Shown here piece after piece: positions 1 through 9,711 of a stretch of 64,000 nt of DNA. Source of the stretch: Vicinamibacterales bacterium (lineage in GTDB: Bacteria > Acidobacteriota > Vicinamibacteria > Vicinamibacterales > UBA8438); NCBI GenBank assembly GCA_965237405.1, contig OZ250139.1, positions 2,949,661 through 3,013,660 of the forward strand. The letters run 5' to 3'. Below the pieces are notes generated by a model. The model saw only the letters and a program-made list of their open reading frames with translations. It was not told the DNA's origin and did not search any database. Each line of letters opens with the position of its first letter. The stretch's first letter is position 1. The position numbers and the translations under genes were made by a program.

Positions 1-28
1 GCTCGATAAGGGTGGGCGACGCGTCTTT

Positions 29-841
29 GTGCGACGAGGCGACCTCTCTGGCTTTGAGACACCGGCGGTCGTTGAGGAGACGTGGCGGTGGTACCAGGCG
101 AAGGGGAAGCAGACTGGTCCCGTACTCGGCCCGGTGTTAGCTCAAGTGGACCGCGATAATTTACGCACCTACCACCCGATGGAGCGGAAGCATTCAGCGC
201 TCTACCAGGACTTCGCCAAGATTGACTACACGGATCGTCAGGCGATTCTGGACTTCGCTACGCGGTATGGCTTGCTCGGTCTTCCTGTCCAAGCCCAAGA
301 CATGATGGTGCCAGGACGCTCAACCGCGCACATTGTTGTTGGAGAGAGCCATTTGAGTTGGGCGAGAGAAATCTGCGCGATGCGGCGAGTCGTCGATCAG
401 CAGCATCGTTCGCGCAAACATCCAGGCTTTGACTCGCTAATGAACGAACACCTGCAGCATGTGCAACTTCAAATGGAGTTGAAGGCTGACACTGGGAAAC
501 GGCGTCTCAACTTCGCGCCGACGACTCTCCTGTCGGCACTGTGGCTACAGGCGAGCCTAGGGGTGGTCGGAGACACGAATGTCACCCAGTGCAAGCACTG
601 TCAGCGACTATTCGAGCGTTCTCAAGGGGACAGATATTTCGGCGACCGTCGGGGTCGCTCGGACCGAGAGTATTGCAGCGATTCTTGCAGGAAGATGGCC
701 TATCAGCGTCGGAGGCGGACCGCGAACAAGTTGTTCAAAGCCGGAGCATCCCTTCGGGATATCGCAAACAGGACCGAGACCGCTATGGCAACGGTTCGCC
801 GGTGGCGGGATTCGGCGAAGCAGAAAGAACGGAAGGCGTAG
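29..841 (+). CDS. hypothetical island-borne protein with Cys-rich zinc-ribbon-like motif and C-terminal HTH-like segment
   Basis: 270-aa ORF ending 9 nt before the integrase start. It has a CKHCQ...(x25)...CSDSCRKMAYQRRRR cysteine motif followed by ASLRDIANRTETAMATVRRW (HTH-like). The frame has no stop back to nt 2, so the GTG at 29 is provisional and the gene may begin outside the window. Confidence 0.5.
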   Translation: MRRGDLSGFETPAVVEETWRWYQAKGKQTGPVLGPVLAQVDRDNLRTYHPMERKHSALYQDFAKIDYTDRQAILDFATRYGLLGLPVQAQDMMVPGRSTAHIVVGESHLSWAREICAMRRVVDQQHRSRKHPGFDSLMNEHLQHVQLQMELKADTGKRRLNFAPTTLLSALWLQASLGVVGDTNVTQCKHCQRLFERSQGDRYFGDRRGRSDREYCSDSCRKMAYQRRRRTANKLFKAGASLRDIANRTETAMATVRRWRDSAKQKERKA

Positions 842-850
842 GAGGTCAGC

Positions 851-1972
851 GTGATCTATAAACGCGGCAGCGTGTGGTGGTTCTGTTTCGAGTTTGCTGG
901 ACAACGGATCCGTGAGTCCACACGAACGTCGAACAAGGCAATCGCCCGTCAAGCTGAGCGGCACCGGCATCAGCAGCTTGAGCGAGCGGCTAACGGCATC
1001 GTCAAGCGAGCGGCCCCGAAACAATTCGCCATCGCTGCGAAGGAGTGGCTCTCGGCGAAGTCTGCAACCTGGAAGCCGAAAACGTATCAAGCCGAAGAGC
1101 TTAACGTGAGGCATCTACTCGCCCACTTCGGCGGTGTCCTCCTCATCGACATCAACGCCGAGGATGTATCGATTTATCAGAAGGCTCGCCTAGGTAAAGG
1201 TGCGGCACCGAAAACGGCCAACCTTGAAATAGGCACATTGCGGGCGATCCTGAAACGCCACCGACTGTGGGCGGATCTCGCGCCTGACGTGTCGTTCCTG
1301 CGGGCTGACCGTGAGATAGGCAAGGCTCTGACCCGGGACGAGGAAGCGAGACTGCTTGAGGCGTGCGCTGCCAGTCGGTCGCGTGCCTTGCTACCTTTCG
1401 TGACCATCGCTTTTCATACGGGCATGCGTCGTGGCGAGATCCAGTCGTTGCGCTGGAGGCAGATCGACTTCTTAGATCGGACGGTGACGGTCGGTGAGTC
1501 GAAGACCTCAGCGGGAACCGGTCGCGTCATTCCGTTGAATCAACGTGCCCTTTCAACGTTCCAGGTCTGGGCGGCTAATTTTCCGGACCGCCGACACCAC
1601 CATGCAGTGTTCCCCAGTAAACGGTATGGAGTCGCTGGTAACGGTCGGACACGCCTGGTCTACGCGGTTGATCCGGAGAAACCGATCGGCACTATCAAGA
1701 CAGCGTGGTCGACTGCCAAGCACGAGGCCGGAGTCCAGTGCCGGTTTCACGATACGCGGCACAGCTTCGCCACACGGGTAATGGAACGCGGTGCTTCACT
1801 GAGCGTGGTGTCGGCGGTGATGGGCTGGAGCGCCAGCACGACAGCGATGATGGCGAAGCGATACGGTCACATCGGCGCTGAGGCGCAGAGGAAGGCGTTA
1901 GACACCTTAGTCGAGCCAACAGAACCGCCGATGAGCTGGGGCGACAGTTTCTCGCCCGCTAGCCGCAGCTGA
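851..1972 (+). CDS. int: tyrosine-type site-specific recombinase / phage-type integrase
   Basis: 373 aa. The C-terminal catalytic region has GMRRGEI (Arg), HDTRHSFATR (H-x-x-R) and GWSASTTAMMAKRYGH (catalytic Tyr). It lies 144 nt upstream of a tRNA-derived att fragment. Confidence 0.9.
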   Translation: MIYKRGSVWWFCFEFAGQRIRESTRTSNKAIARQAERHRHQQLERAANGIVKRAAPKQFAIAAKEWLSAKSATWKPKTYQAEELNVRHLLAHFGGVLLIDINAEDVSIYQKARLGKGAAPKTANLEIGTLRAILKRHRLWADLAPDVSFLRADREIGKALTRDEEARLLEACAASRSRALLPFVTIAFHTGMRRGEIQSLRWRQIDFLDRTVTVGESKTSAGTGRVIPLNQRALSTFQVWAANFPDRRHHHAVFPSKRYGVAGNGRTRLVYAVDPEKPIGTIKTAWSTAKHEAGVQCRFHDTRHSFATRVMERGASLSVVSAVMGWSASTTAMMAKRYGHIGAEAQRKALDTLVEPTEPPMSWGDSFSPASRS

Positions 1973-2115
1973 GACTGTGGCGGATTTTGTGGCTACCCTC
2001 GGTACTAAACAATGTGAAGTGGTAGCACTGTCGCGCTTGGTGACAGGCGGGTTTACCTGCGAGAATATTGCTCAGTACTGATTGGTCGCACTTGATGCGT
2101 TTGGTTCGCCACCAT

Positions 2116-2161
<46 letters not shown>

Positions 2162-2253
2162 TTTTACAAGGGTTTCTTCACTTCCGCTTTTAGCAAGCAC
2201 TGGGAATGTACCGGATTTTGTACCTACCCCAACACTCTTCGGTGGCTTTTAGG

Positions 2254-2363
2254 CCCCGGTCAGCCTTTTTTGCTGGCCCGATTTCCTCAGAAGTCGAAAA
2301 CCGCGAGCGATCCGAATATATCTATATACCCGACCGACATTTATCCCCGCCGTTTTTCGGTTT
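2254..2363 (+). repeat. leader-only copy (copy a) of the repeated leader + HGG-gene module
   Basis: About 110 nt aligning at roughly 70-75% identity with 9571-9679. Shared blocks are CCCCGGTC, AAAACCGCGA and ATATACCCGACCGA. Homology ends where a kinase fragment begins. Confidence 0.6.
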
Positions 2364-2397
2364 GGTCTCGGGCACTACGACGTTACCGCCCTCATCG

Positions 2398-2559
2398 GCG
2401 AGGGGGGGCAGGGGACAGGTCTATCAGGCCACCGATACCAAGCTGAACCGCCAGGCGGCGCTGAAGATCCTGCCCGAGGCGTTTGCGACTGATCCTGATC
2501 GACTGGCCCGGTTTCAGGGTGAAGCCAGAGTCTTGGCCTCGCTGAACCATCCCAACATC
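2398..2559 (+). pseudogene. N-terminal fragment of a Ser/Thr protein kinase (Gly-loop to HPNI)
   Basis: Translation [54 protein letters not shown] matches the kinase subdomain I-III pattern (GxGxxGxVY, ALK, E in helix C, HPNI). No catalytic loop or DFG follows, and no proper start precedes it. Confidence 0.6.
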
Positions 2560-2662
2560 GGTCACACGAAGAAGCGGGCGACACATCGGTTCACCCATCC
2601 GACGTTCCCGCCTACCCAACACAGAATGGGTTTTCGGCTTATCGTTCTCGAAGGAGATCTCC

Positions 2663-3979
2663 ATGACTGTTCGCAGGCTCGGTGCGTTGGTGTGTGCGTC
2701 GCTCGTCCTGGCCGTGGTTTGGCACATCCCGGCGCCCGCCGAAGCGCAGCGGTCGCGCGGCCTTCCCGCATGTGACCCGGACGACGGCGGTCTGATTCTT
2801 CCCGAGGGTTTTTGTGCCCTTGTGGTCGCCGACGGTATCGAGGGCGCCAGGCACGTAGATGTCACGGTCGACGGCGACATTTACGTCCACCTGAGAGGCG
2901 CTCGCGGCCGCGCGCCGGACCCGCCCGGTGGCGGAGTGGTCGCGCTCCGGGATGCTGACGGCGATGGCCGAGCTGAGGTTGTCGCACGCTTCTCCGACCA
3001 CTACGGTACCGGTCTGCAGCTCCGCGGGGACTATTTGTATCTCTCGACGACGACCGGGGTGTATCGGTATCGGATGACACCGGGCGAGCTGGTGCCACGG
3101 GGTGAGCCGGAGCTGATCGTGACCGGGTTCCCAGAGCAGCGCGGTCACGCCGAAAAGGCGTTTGCGTTCGACGAGTCCGACAACCTCTATGTGAATGTTG
3201 GTGCGCCGTCAAACGTGTGCATGGAGAACCGCCGACCAGGCTCCCCTGGACAGGAGCCGTGTCCCCAACGCGTGCGTCAAGCCAGCGTGTGGCGTTTCGA
3301 CGCGGACAGCGCCGGTCAAACCCAAGAGTCCGATGGCCACCAGTTCGTCACCGGTACTCGGAACATCGTGGCGGTCGCCTGGGACCCCACTACCCGGGCG
3401 ATCTACGCGGCGCAACATGGCCGTGACGCAGTGAACACGCTCTGGCCCGACTACTACAACGAGGATGCGAATGCCGAGCTGCCATCAGAGGAGCTGTTTA
3501 AGCTGACTGCCGGCACCGATTTTGGCTGGCCGTTTTGCTACCACGACCGGTTCCAAGGTAAGAAGGTGCTGGCGCCGGAATACGGGGGCGACGGACGGCA
3601 GGTGGGCCGGTGCGCGGAAGTGGGACAGCCGCTCGTCGCGTTCCCGGCTCATTGGGCGCCGAACGACCTGCTGTTCTACGACGGCGAGCAGTATCCGGCA
3701 CGCTTTCGAGACGGCGTCTTCGTGGTGTTTCACGGCTCCTGGAACCGTGCCCCGCTCGAGCAGGCCGGGTATCAGGTCGCGTTCGCGCCCCGAACGGGCG
3801 GCGAGTTCACGGGGCGCTACGAGACGTTCGCGGCCGGCTTCGCGGTCACCTCCCCCTTGCTGTCTCCTCAGGACGCGGTCCAGCGTCCCGTCGGGATCGC
3901 CCAGGGACCCGACGGATCACTCTACGTCACGGCCGACGTGGGGGGAAAGGTGTGGAGGATTGTGTACACAGGGATGTAG
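2663..3979 (+). CDS. secreted PQQ-dependent sugar (glucose/sorbosone) dehydrogenase family beta-propeller
   Basis: 438 aa. AAGGAG lies upstream of the ATG and there is a signal peptide ([16 protein letters not shown]). Recognisable blocks are [39 protein letters not shown] and [28 protein letters not shown]. Confidence 0.75.
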   Translation: MTVRRLGALVCASLVLAVVWHIPAPAEAQRSRGLPACDPDDGGLILPEGFCALVVADGIEGARHVDVTVDGDIYVHLRGARGRAPDPPGGGVVALRDADGDGRAEVVARFSDHYGTGLQLRGDYLYLSTTTGVYRYRMTPGELVPRGEPELIVTGFPEQRGHAEKAFAFDESDNLYVNVGAPSNVCMENRRPGSPGQEPCPQRVRQASVWRFDADSAGQTQESDGHQFVTGTRNIVAVAWDPTTRAIYAAQHGRDAVNTLWPDYYNEDANAELPSEELFKLTAGTDFGWPFCYHDRFQGKKVLAPEYGGDGRQVGRCAEVGQPLVAFPAHWAPNDLLFYDGEQYPARFRDGVFVVFHGSWNRAPLEQAGYQVAFAPRTGGEFTGRYETFAAGFAVTSPLLSPQDAVQRPVGIAQGPDGSLYVTADVGGKVWRIVYTGM

Positions 3980-3982
3980 GGA

Positions 3983-4597
3983 GTGGAGACAGGAACAGAC
4001 CTATGGCCTTCGCCGGCTCCGCCTCCCAGATCATCCTCGTCCAGAACTGCCACCAAGAAGTCGCTGCGACCGCAAGATGTAGCGGGCTGGGAGTGTCTCT
4101 CAACGAAATATGTCAACAGGCAAACGAAGCTTCTATGGCGCTGTGCGGAGGGTCATGAGTGGAAGGCCGCGCCAAGAGGAAGCTGGTGTCCGACATGTGC
4201 TTACGCTGCTCGCAGGTCAACGCTTGATGACGTGCAAGCGATCGCTAAGGAGCGAGGCGGGGTGTGTCTCTCGAAGACGTATGTCAGCACGTACACGAAG
4301 TTTCGGTGGCGCTGTGCGGAGGGCCATGAGTGGAAGGCTAAGCCAATCGGCGTCAAAGCCGGAAACTGGTGCCCGGCATGCGTGGGACGGCCACAGCTTA
4401 CGATCGAGGACATGCAAGTACGGGCGAAGGAGCGTGGTGGAGTGTGCCTCTCAACGGTATATGTCAATGCTCGCACAAAACTGCGGTGGCGCTGTACCGA
4501 GGGGCACGAGTGGCAGGCGGTGCCGCACAGCATCAAAAGTGGGAGATGGTGCCAAGCGTGCTTTAACGCTCGTCGAGGACGCCGCGCACCAGCCTGA
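3983..4597 (+). CDS. protein with three tandem treble-clef zinc-ribbon repeats (DUF4379-like)
   Basis: The pattern YV(N/S)xxTK(L/F)xWRCxEGHEWxAxPxxxxxGxWC(P/Q)xC occurs three times. Repeats 2 and 3 are each preceded by AKERGGVCLS. Confidence 0.6.
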   Translation: METGTDLWPSPAPPPRSSSSRTATKKSLRPQDVAGWECLSTKYVNRQTKLLWRCAEGHEWKAAPRGSWCPTCAYAARRSTLDDVQAIAKERGGVCLSKTYVSTYTKFRWRCAEGHEWKAKPIGVKAGNWCPACVGRPQLTIEDMQVRAKERGGVCLSTVYVNARTKLRWRCTEGHEWQAVPHSIKSGRWCQACFNARRGRRAPA

Positions 4598-4598
4598 G

Positions 4599-4620
4599 TA
4601 GCCCCCGTCCCCGTTGAACC
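4599..4620 (-). repeat. copy A of a 22-nt motif GGTTCAACGGGGACGGGGGCTA (reverse orientation here)
   Basis: The plus strand reads TAGCCCCCGTCCCCGTTGAACC immediately after the stop of the zinc-ribbon gene. Its reverse complement is identical over 22 nt to 17367-17388 and over 20 nt to 14046-14065. Confidence 0.8.
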
Positions 4621-4651
4621 CGTCACCAGCCAGCGGTAAGATTCCTGTCTT

Positions 4652-5350
4652 GTGGGCGGAAACTCTTCACGCAAGATCAAGTATTCCAGGTCCGGAACGC
4701 AACGCACTTTGCCTTCGCTCGCCGGGCAGCCATCCCAAGAACGGCAAAGTTCTCGTACTGCCCACAGGATCTTGTTGGCGCGAGCGGTAAGTGTCTCGAA
4801 GCCGCTGGCTTCGGCGATTCGTGAGGTCGGTCCCGTGACGTTCCGGAGACGCGAAAGTAAAGGGCTTGCTCACTTCTTGTCTCGAGCCATAGTCGGACAG
4901 CAGCTCTCTGTTGAAGCAGCGCGGAGTATTTGGAACAGGATTACCGTCACTGCGAGAGGCCATGGCCTTAGCGTTCCCCAGTGTGCTGAGGAGTTCGGTG
5001 GCACACTCAGATCCTGCGGTATATCGGCGAGCAAACTTAAGAGTCTCAAAAATATCAGTCGTGCAGAGAAGGAAGGGAGACTCTCGGACGACGTTCTTTT
5101 TTCCGTGGGTCCTGAAGAAAGACTCCGGCGGCTGATGGCGATTTGGGGGATTGGGCCATGGACTTGCGATATGGTGCTGATTTTCTATTACCAACTTCCA
5201 GATGTATGGCCGGAAGGCGACGTCGCGGTCCAGCGAACATTCAGCGGTTTGATTGGCCGACGTGCGCCGACGAGGACTGCGTTACGTTTTTCGCCCTATC
5301 GTTCGTATCTGGCGTTAACCATGTGGCGGATTGTCGACGGCCGTCGCTGA
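4652..5350 (+). CDS. HhH-GPD DNA glycosylase (DNA-3-methyladenine glycosylase II / AlkA-like)
   Basis: Blocks FLSRAIVGQQLSVEAARSIWNRI and LMAIWGIGPWTCDMVLIFYYQLPDVWPEGDVAVQR (helix-hairpin-helix plus catalytic Asp region). The start codon is uncertain (GTG at 4652). Local GC is lower, about 50%. Confidence 0.7.
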   Translation: MGGNSSRKIKYSRSGTQRTLPSLAGQPSQERQSSRTAHRILLARAVSVSKPLASAIREVGPVTFRRRESKGLAHFLSRAIVGQQLSVEAARSIWNRITVTARGHGLSVPQCAEEFGGTLRSCGISASKLKSLKNISRAEKEGRLSDDVLFSVGPEERLRRLMAIWGIGPWTCDMVLIFYYQLPDVWPEGDVAVQRTFSGLIGRRAPTRTALRFSPYRSYLALTMWRIVDGRR

Positions 5351-5694
5351 TTGTGACTTAGAGGAAAGATTTGCGTGAGGACTTCCAACAGAAGCAATAA
5401 AGTGGTCCCGCCAGAGAACTGAACGGGTAGATCAGTCAGCCGAGTACCGCACCCCGTTCCTTGATGGAGGGCCTCATTCTTTTGAGCTGCTGGCCTCGTT
5501 ATTCCCGCCTGTCGACCTAGACTCGCCCGTTGCACAGCCCCACTCACGTGTCGGTCTTGTCGGGCCGATAAGAATGTCTGACCGTTCATATGAATCAATA
5601 GGCGCTGGCACCTGTCACTGTTTTCCTATTGACCGCCACGTGGGTGTTGGGTACAACAAGGCTTGATGACGACACCCATGAATGAACCCGACCC

Positions 5695-6040
5695 ATGAAT
5701 GAGACCAGCGTCGAGCGGCGTGACCCTCGCTTATGCACCGCCACCAACCGCGCTGGAGCGCCCTACGGCAAGTTTTCGATGCAGGGTCAGACCGTCTGTC
5801 GAGCTCACGGCGGCGCAAGCCCGCAAGCAATGGCCAAAAGCGGAGGCGGCGCTGGAACTCGCCGAACTGCGTTTGCGTCGCTTGGCCGGTCCGGCTGTCG
5901 CGACGCTGGAGCGGCTGCTCCTGGCCGATAGCGAAGCGGTGCAATTGGGAGCCGCAAATTCTTTGGTCGACCGTGGAATTGGGCAAGCCACCGAAAAAAT
6001 TCAGGTCGCGGCGCACGTCACGGTCCGAAAGCCGTGGTGA
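5695..6040 (+). pseudogene. HGG-motif (HGGxSxG-like) phage/island gene, copy b, frameshifted
   Basis: MNETSVERRDPRLCTATNRAGAPYGKFSMQGQTVCRAHGGASPQAMAK, then a frame change in the CCAAAAGC run (about 5830), continuing as AEAALELAELRLRRL...LGAANSLVDRG...QVAAHVTVRKPW. It is homologous to 9712-10049 and 13145-13264. Confidence 0.7.
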
Positions 6041-6065
6041 CGGGCGCGGCCATACCCAACACAGG

Positions 6066-6262
6066 CTACCGATTTTTACGCTCTTCCTTCGACTTCACAA
6101 TCTCATCCGCCGTGAAGCCATCAGCGAGGACCCTGGCAATCTCCTCGCGGACAGCGGCCTCCACCTTGTCGACGTTCTCGGGAGCGAATAGGGCGAAGAC
6201 CTGGAATGTGCCGCGGGCGTCGACGGGGTACAGGCGCTGGCTGAGCAGTACATGGACGAAGG
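6066..6262 (-). pseudogene. C-terminal remnant of an M16 (pitrilysin/insulinase-like) peptidase
   Basis: Minus-strand translation is ...GTFQVFALFAPENVDKVEAAVREEIARVLADGFTADEIVKSKEERKNR*. It has no start codon and no upstream body, and sits between HGG copy b and the 3' end of the PHP gene. The family call is from memory of M16 C-termini. Confidence 0.35.
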
Positions 6263-6318
6263 GTGGGTGAATCGTGGACGCGAGTCACCGGCACACTGGA
6301 AGATCGGGTACCAAGCGG

Positions 6319-8751
6319 CTACGGTACTGGCGACGTCCTGATGATCTCGTCGTAGACCTGTCGCGCGTGATCGTAGGCTGCTTCGGCCTCGTCGCGCTCT
6401 TCCTCGCGAATCAGCGGCGCCTTCATCGCCCAGCACCGATCAACTGCCAGCCGGCACCACTCGGCGCTTCGCCGCGATGCACGGATCGGGGCGTCGTCCA
6501 CGAGGACGAAGATCGGATTCGTGTGTGAGCTGTACAGCACACGCAGCGCAACCCAACTAGAACGATCAAGAGGCACGTCGAATGACACATCGTGCCATGA
6601 GCCATCAGCCTCAACCTCGACGCGATCGACGACCTGACCGTTGACGATCAGTTCCACTGGCACTGCACGACCGGTCCCAATGCGGGCGCGCTCGATGTGC
6701 CAGAAGGGCGGCTGCGCCATGGCACGGGCCGCGATGTTAGCGCCGACCTCGTCCTGGTCGGGTGGCAAGTACGCGGCGACCTTCGCCGTGACCGCGACGG
6801 TCTGTGCGCCGGAGAGCTTCACCTCGCTGTCGTCGGTGCCGACTGCGACGCCGTTGACCGCAAAGTCCATGAGATGGGAGCGGCCATCCGACACATAGCT
6901 GCGCCCCTCGCGCGTCGCTTCGGCGAAGGCGTCAAAGTCCAGGGGACCATCGAGCTTGGCATAGGTTCGTGCCATCCCGACGCGGTCGTCGTAGACGCAC
7001 GGAAAGTCCGTCTCGCCGCTGATGCGTGTCCGGAACCCCGCGTTCAGCGTGTGGTACCAGATGTTCAGCTCCCAGGCGATGGGGGTGTCGCCAGCCGAGA
7101 TGAAATCCACCGCATCATGCGTCACCGTGACCACGTACTCGTTGGCGCCAACGCCATCGAACTTCGCCATGACGTAATTGGGCAGATCCGCCGTCGGCTC
7201 CATCGGCTGCAGGCCGAAGCCCGAATGGGCGTAGCCCACGACCCCGTCCTGCCCCCGGGCCCACCTGAGAATCGGCAGTGTCCAACTGGGCCACTGCTCG
7301 ATCAGGCTCGTGTTCGGGTAGTCGTCCTCGTCAAGATCCAGCAGCACCAGGTGTCCGGCGTGCGAGGAGGGGAAACCAGACACCTCGACGTCGTAGCGCA
7401 TCACGTTCCGGTCGTTCGACAGAACGTGCACGTTACCATCGAAGAACTGCTTCTGGTGATACCAGCTCGGTCCCCAACTGAGGACGCACAACACGTCCAG
7501 ATCCTCGCCGACGCCTTGCCGCCACATGTGTTCCGGGTCGACGCCTTCCTCGGGGCTTTCATAGTGGCTACACCCGGCGGCATGCACGTGATGGTCGCCG
7601 CTGTGCCACCCGAAACTGGACATGTCGACCCAGCGCGTCAACTCGAACGTTTCTTCCACACTCTGAGCATCGATGGGCACCAAGATCTGTTTCGTCTGCG
7701 GAAGGTATTCAGGGCCGCGAGTGTAGGTGACGTCGTATGTGCCCGGCGGCAGTGCGACGTATTCACCATCACTGCGGTAGATCTGCGCGTGGAAGTAGAA
7801 ATCGGGGAAGGCATCACTCATCGCCGAGCGGCGGGATGGCAGCGGGTAGATGCCGATGAGCCGGTTAGGTCCGCGTGCCTGTCCATACCCTTCCAGGGCG
7901 CGGCGTCTCGCAAGCGCCAAGCGGTAGTCCTCGGGCCACTCCTCGGACTCATCGACCAGTCGCTCCACACCATCGGTGATCACGAAAGAGGCCGTCGTCG
8001 GACTCCCGTCGTGATCCAGCACCCGAAAATACACCGGCACCGACGGCTGGCAGTCGAACAGCACGTCGATCGCGTTGCGAAAGCCCAGATCCTGGGTGCC
8101 CTGCCCGACATGAAACCCGATGCGGGCTTCGCGTTGACCCGCCACCTTGGAGTTGAGTTGCAGGATGGCGTATTCGAGTGGCTGGCCCGAGAGCTGTGGA
8201 AGCATTGGCCGCCGCCGATACATGATGAGTTCGAGGAACCGATTCGCCGCCTGGCCCAGTGTGATCGTCGTGTCGTCCGCCGCCACGCTGGTGACTCGTG
8301 CAGACCAAGAAGCAGTGACGTGTAGCGACGGCTCCGCATTGGGGCTCTCGACTTCCAGTTGTGCCCGTACACTGCCCGCGTTATGTACCTTCACGAGCAC
8401 TGACTTCCAGCCACCCTGTACGAGTTCCGCCGGTGCCGGCCCGCGAATGACGCTCACTCGTGCCTCGGGGTTGATTTGCACCATCGCAAGCACGAAGGGA
8501 TCCAGAATCTGCTGAATCTCCTCAACCACCCGCTGACTCGGCGCTTCGTCTCGCAGTTGCTCCAACCGACGTGCACCCTCCTCAGGGATCGCGCTTCCAA
8601 GGAACTCCAGCGCTTCTGTCAGACGCATTACTTGCGCGATGAATGGCTGCGGCTGCGCAACGGTGACGACTGGCAGCGATTGCGCACGCCCAATCGCCGA
8701 GACGTACAACACCATTCCCACCGCCAACAGTGCGAGTCTTCTGATAGTCAT
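6319..8751 (-). CDS. large secreted PHP-domain (CehA/McbA-like) metallohydrolase, paralogue A
   Basis: The start is moved to MTIRRLALLAVGMVLYVSAIGRAQS (signal peptide; AGGAGGA lies 8 nt upstream). Motifs are WHSGDHHVHAAGCSHYESPEEGV, VEVSGFPSSHAGHLVLL, YAHSGFG and ISGETDFPC. It is about 60% identical to 10551-12995. Confidence 0.7.
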   Translation of the reverse strand: MTIRRLALLAVGMVLYVSAIGRAQSLPVVTVAQPQPFIAQVMRLTEALEFLGSAIPEEGARRLEQLRDEAPSQRVVEEIQQILDPFVLAMVQINPEARVSVIRGPAPAELVQGGWKSVLVKVHNAGSVRAQLEVESPNAEPSLHVTASWSARVTSVAADDTTITLGQAANRFLELIMYRRRPMLPQLSGQPLEYAILQLNSKVAGQREARIGFHVGQGTQDLGFRNAIDVLFDCQPSVPVYFRVLDHDGSPTTASFVITDGVERLVDESEEWPEDYRLALARRRALEGYGQARGPNRLIGIYPLPSRRSAMSDAFPDFYFHAQIYRSDGEYVALPPGTYDVTYTRGPEYLPQTKQILVPIDAQSVEETFELTRWVDMSSFGWHSGDHHVHAAGCSHYESPEEGVDPEHMWRQGVGEDLDVLCVLSWGPSWYHQKQFFDGNVHVLSNDRNVMRYDVEVSGFPSSHAGHLVLLDLDEDDYPNTSLIEQWPSWTLPILRWARGQDGVVGYAHSGFGLQPMEPTADLPNYVMAKFDGVGANEYVVTVTHDAVDFISAGDTPIAWELNIWYHTLNAGFRTRISGETDFPCVYDDRVGMARTYAKLDGPLDFDAFAEATREGRSYVSDGRSHLMDFAVNGVAVGTDDSEVKLSGAQTVAVTAKVAAYLPPDQDEVGANIAARAMAQPPFWHIERARIGTGRAVPVELIVNGQVVDRVEVEADGSWHDVSFDVPLDRSSWVALRVLYSSHTNPIFVLVDDAPIRASRRSAEWCRLAVDRCWAMKAPLIREEERDEAEAAYDHARQVYDEIIRTSPVP

Positions 8752-8791
8752 CGCGAGGTCCTCCTGACTTCGGGCGCTTAAGCTGTACCTG

Positions 8792-9298
8792 TTATCCCAC
8801 GGGCGCGCCGTCCCGCAGCCCTCGGACCGGCTGCGGATCCTCCCCGGCCGGGGTGTTGTGCTGCATGATGATCTGCCACGCATCGCCGACCTTCGTATAG
8901 GTCATCGTGTAGCGGCCTTCGTGCAGGACCTGCCGGCCCTGGTTGTTGTAGTTCACCGAGAGCGCGTATTCCCCGTAGGCGATCCCCGTGGTGCCGATGA
9001 TCCGGTACTGCTCGTTCCGGGTCTCGAACTTCGCGGCAGTGGTCGTGTCGAAGAAGAGCTTCCAATCGAGTGCACAGGCCTCGCGCCCTTGTTTGCCGGA
9101 AGTCGAACCGCACGAGTAGAACGACAGCGCCTCGTCGTGGACGGTGTCGAGGAAGCCGTCGAGGTTGCCACTGTTCAGCGACGACACGGCACGCTTGAAG
9201 GTCGCCTGGAGGGCAGCCAGTTCGCCGTCATTCGCGGCAGCGGTGATAGCAGCGAACAAGAAGATGGCGAGAACAACGCCGATGCGGAACAGGATCAT
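8792..9298 (-). CDS. secreted SnoaL-like / DUF4440 (NTF2-fold) protein
   Basis: 168 aa with an N-terminal signal/anchor (VVLAIFLFAAITAAA). It shows the pattern typical of DUF4440 (LNSGNLDGFLDTVHDEA ... GRYTMTYTKVGDAWQIIMQHNTP). Its stop lies 40 nt upstream of the paralogue A start on the same strand. Confidence 0.5.
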   Translation of the reverse strand: MILFRIGVVLAIFLFAAITAAANDGELAALQATFKRAVSSLNSGNLDGFLDTVHDEALSFYSCGSTSGKQGREACALDWKLFFDTTTAAKFETRNEQYRIIGTTGIAYGEYALSVNYNNQGRQVLHEGRYTMTYTKVGDAWQIIMQHNTPAGEDPQPVRGLRDGAPVG

Positions 9299-9570
9299 GG
9301 ACTGCTCCTTTTGGGGGGCACTAGATATCGCACTGTATCAGATGCGCCTTGTTCGGCGTTTTGAAAGCCTGCTTCCGGACGCCGCAGGGACCTAGCCGAT
9401 CACGCTAACTTATTGGAAAACTGGCGGAGGGACTGGGGGTCGAAAGAACGTAGCAACAACGGACTTTTCAACACCTTAGCCACTTCGGGTTTGTTTGGTC
9501 ATACACTAACGTTATACACAAACCTTCTGGCTGCCCTCGGATGTTCCTGGCTTCGACGGGGGTTTCAGCA

Positions 9571-9679
9571 CCCCGGTCGACCTTTTTCGCTGGCTCGTTT
9601 TGTTCAGATCGCAAAACCGCGACGGGGTCGTCGATATGTATATACCCGACCGAATCACATACCCGCCATTTTCCGTTTC
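9571..9679 (+). repeat. leader of the repeated module (copy c), contiguous with HGG gene copy c
   Basis: Aligns with 2254-2363 (see that feature). It contains the AT-rich block GATATGTATATACCCGACCGA just upstream of the HGG gene. Confidence 0.6.
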
Positions 9680-9711
9680 AACGAAGGTGACCCATGAATG
9701 GACTCGACCCC

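Noticed and set aside
2206-2775. 189-aa ORF spanning the leader repeat and the kinase fragment
   Set aside because: It is a composite frame. The first third is the non-coding leader repeat (homologous to 9571-9679), the middle is a kinase N-terminal fragment, and the end overlaps the sugar dehydrogenase start. It is not a real gene.
4599-4620. Interpreting the 22-nt motif as an integron attC site because it contains GTTGAAC (fits GTTRRRY)
   Set aside because: I found no inverse core or imperfect palindrome partner within 60-140 nt. The copies are 3-9 kb apart and not co-oriented with the genes, and no intI gene is present.
6697-8325. 542-aa plus-strand ORF (and 7278-7481 and similar) opposite the PHP paralogue A gene
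   Set aside because: This is a shadow ORF typical of high-GC DNA. It is Arg/Val/His/Pro-rich with no motifs and lies fully inside a minus-strand gene that has a signal peptide, an RBS and a conserved paralogue.
8752-8883. N-terminal extensions of the ORF-track models (8752-8883, 12996-13049, 42896-42940, 46276-46320, 55129-55239, 59979-60062, 26912-26965, 17594-17608)
   Set aside because: Internal ATGs are preceded by Shine-Dalgarno-like sequences and immediately encode signal peptides. The extensions overlap upstream genes or are Arg/Ser-rich.
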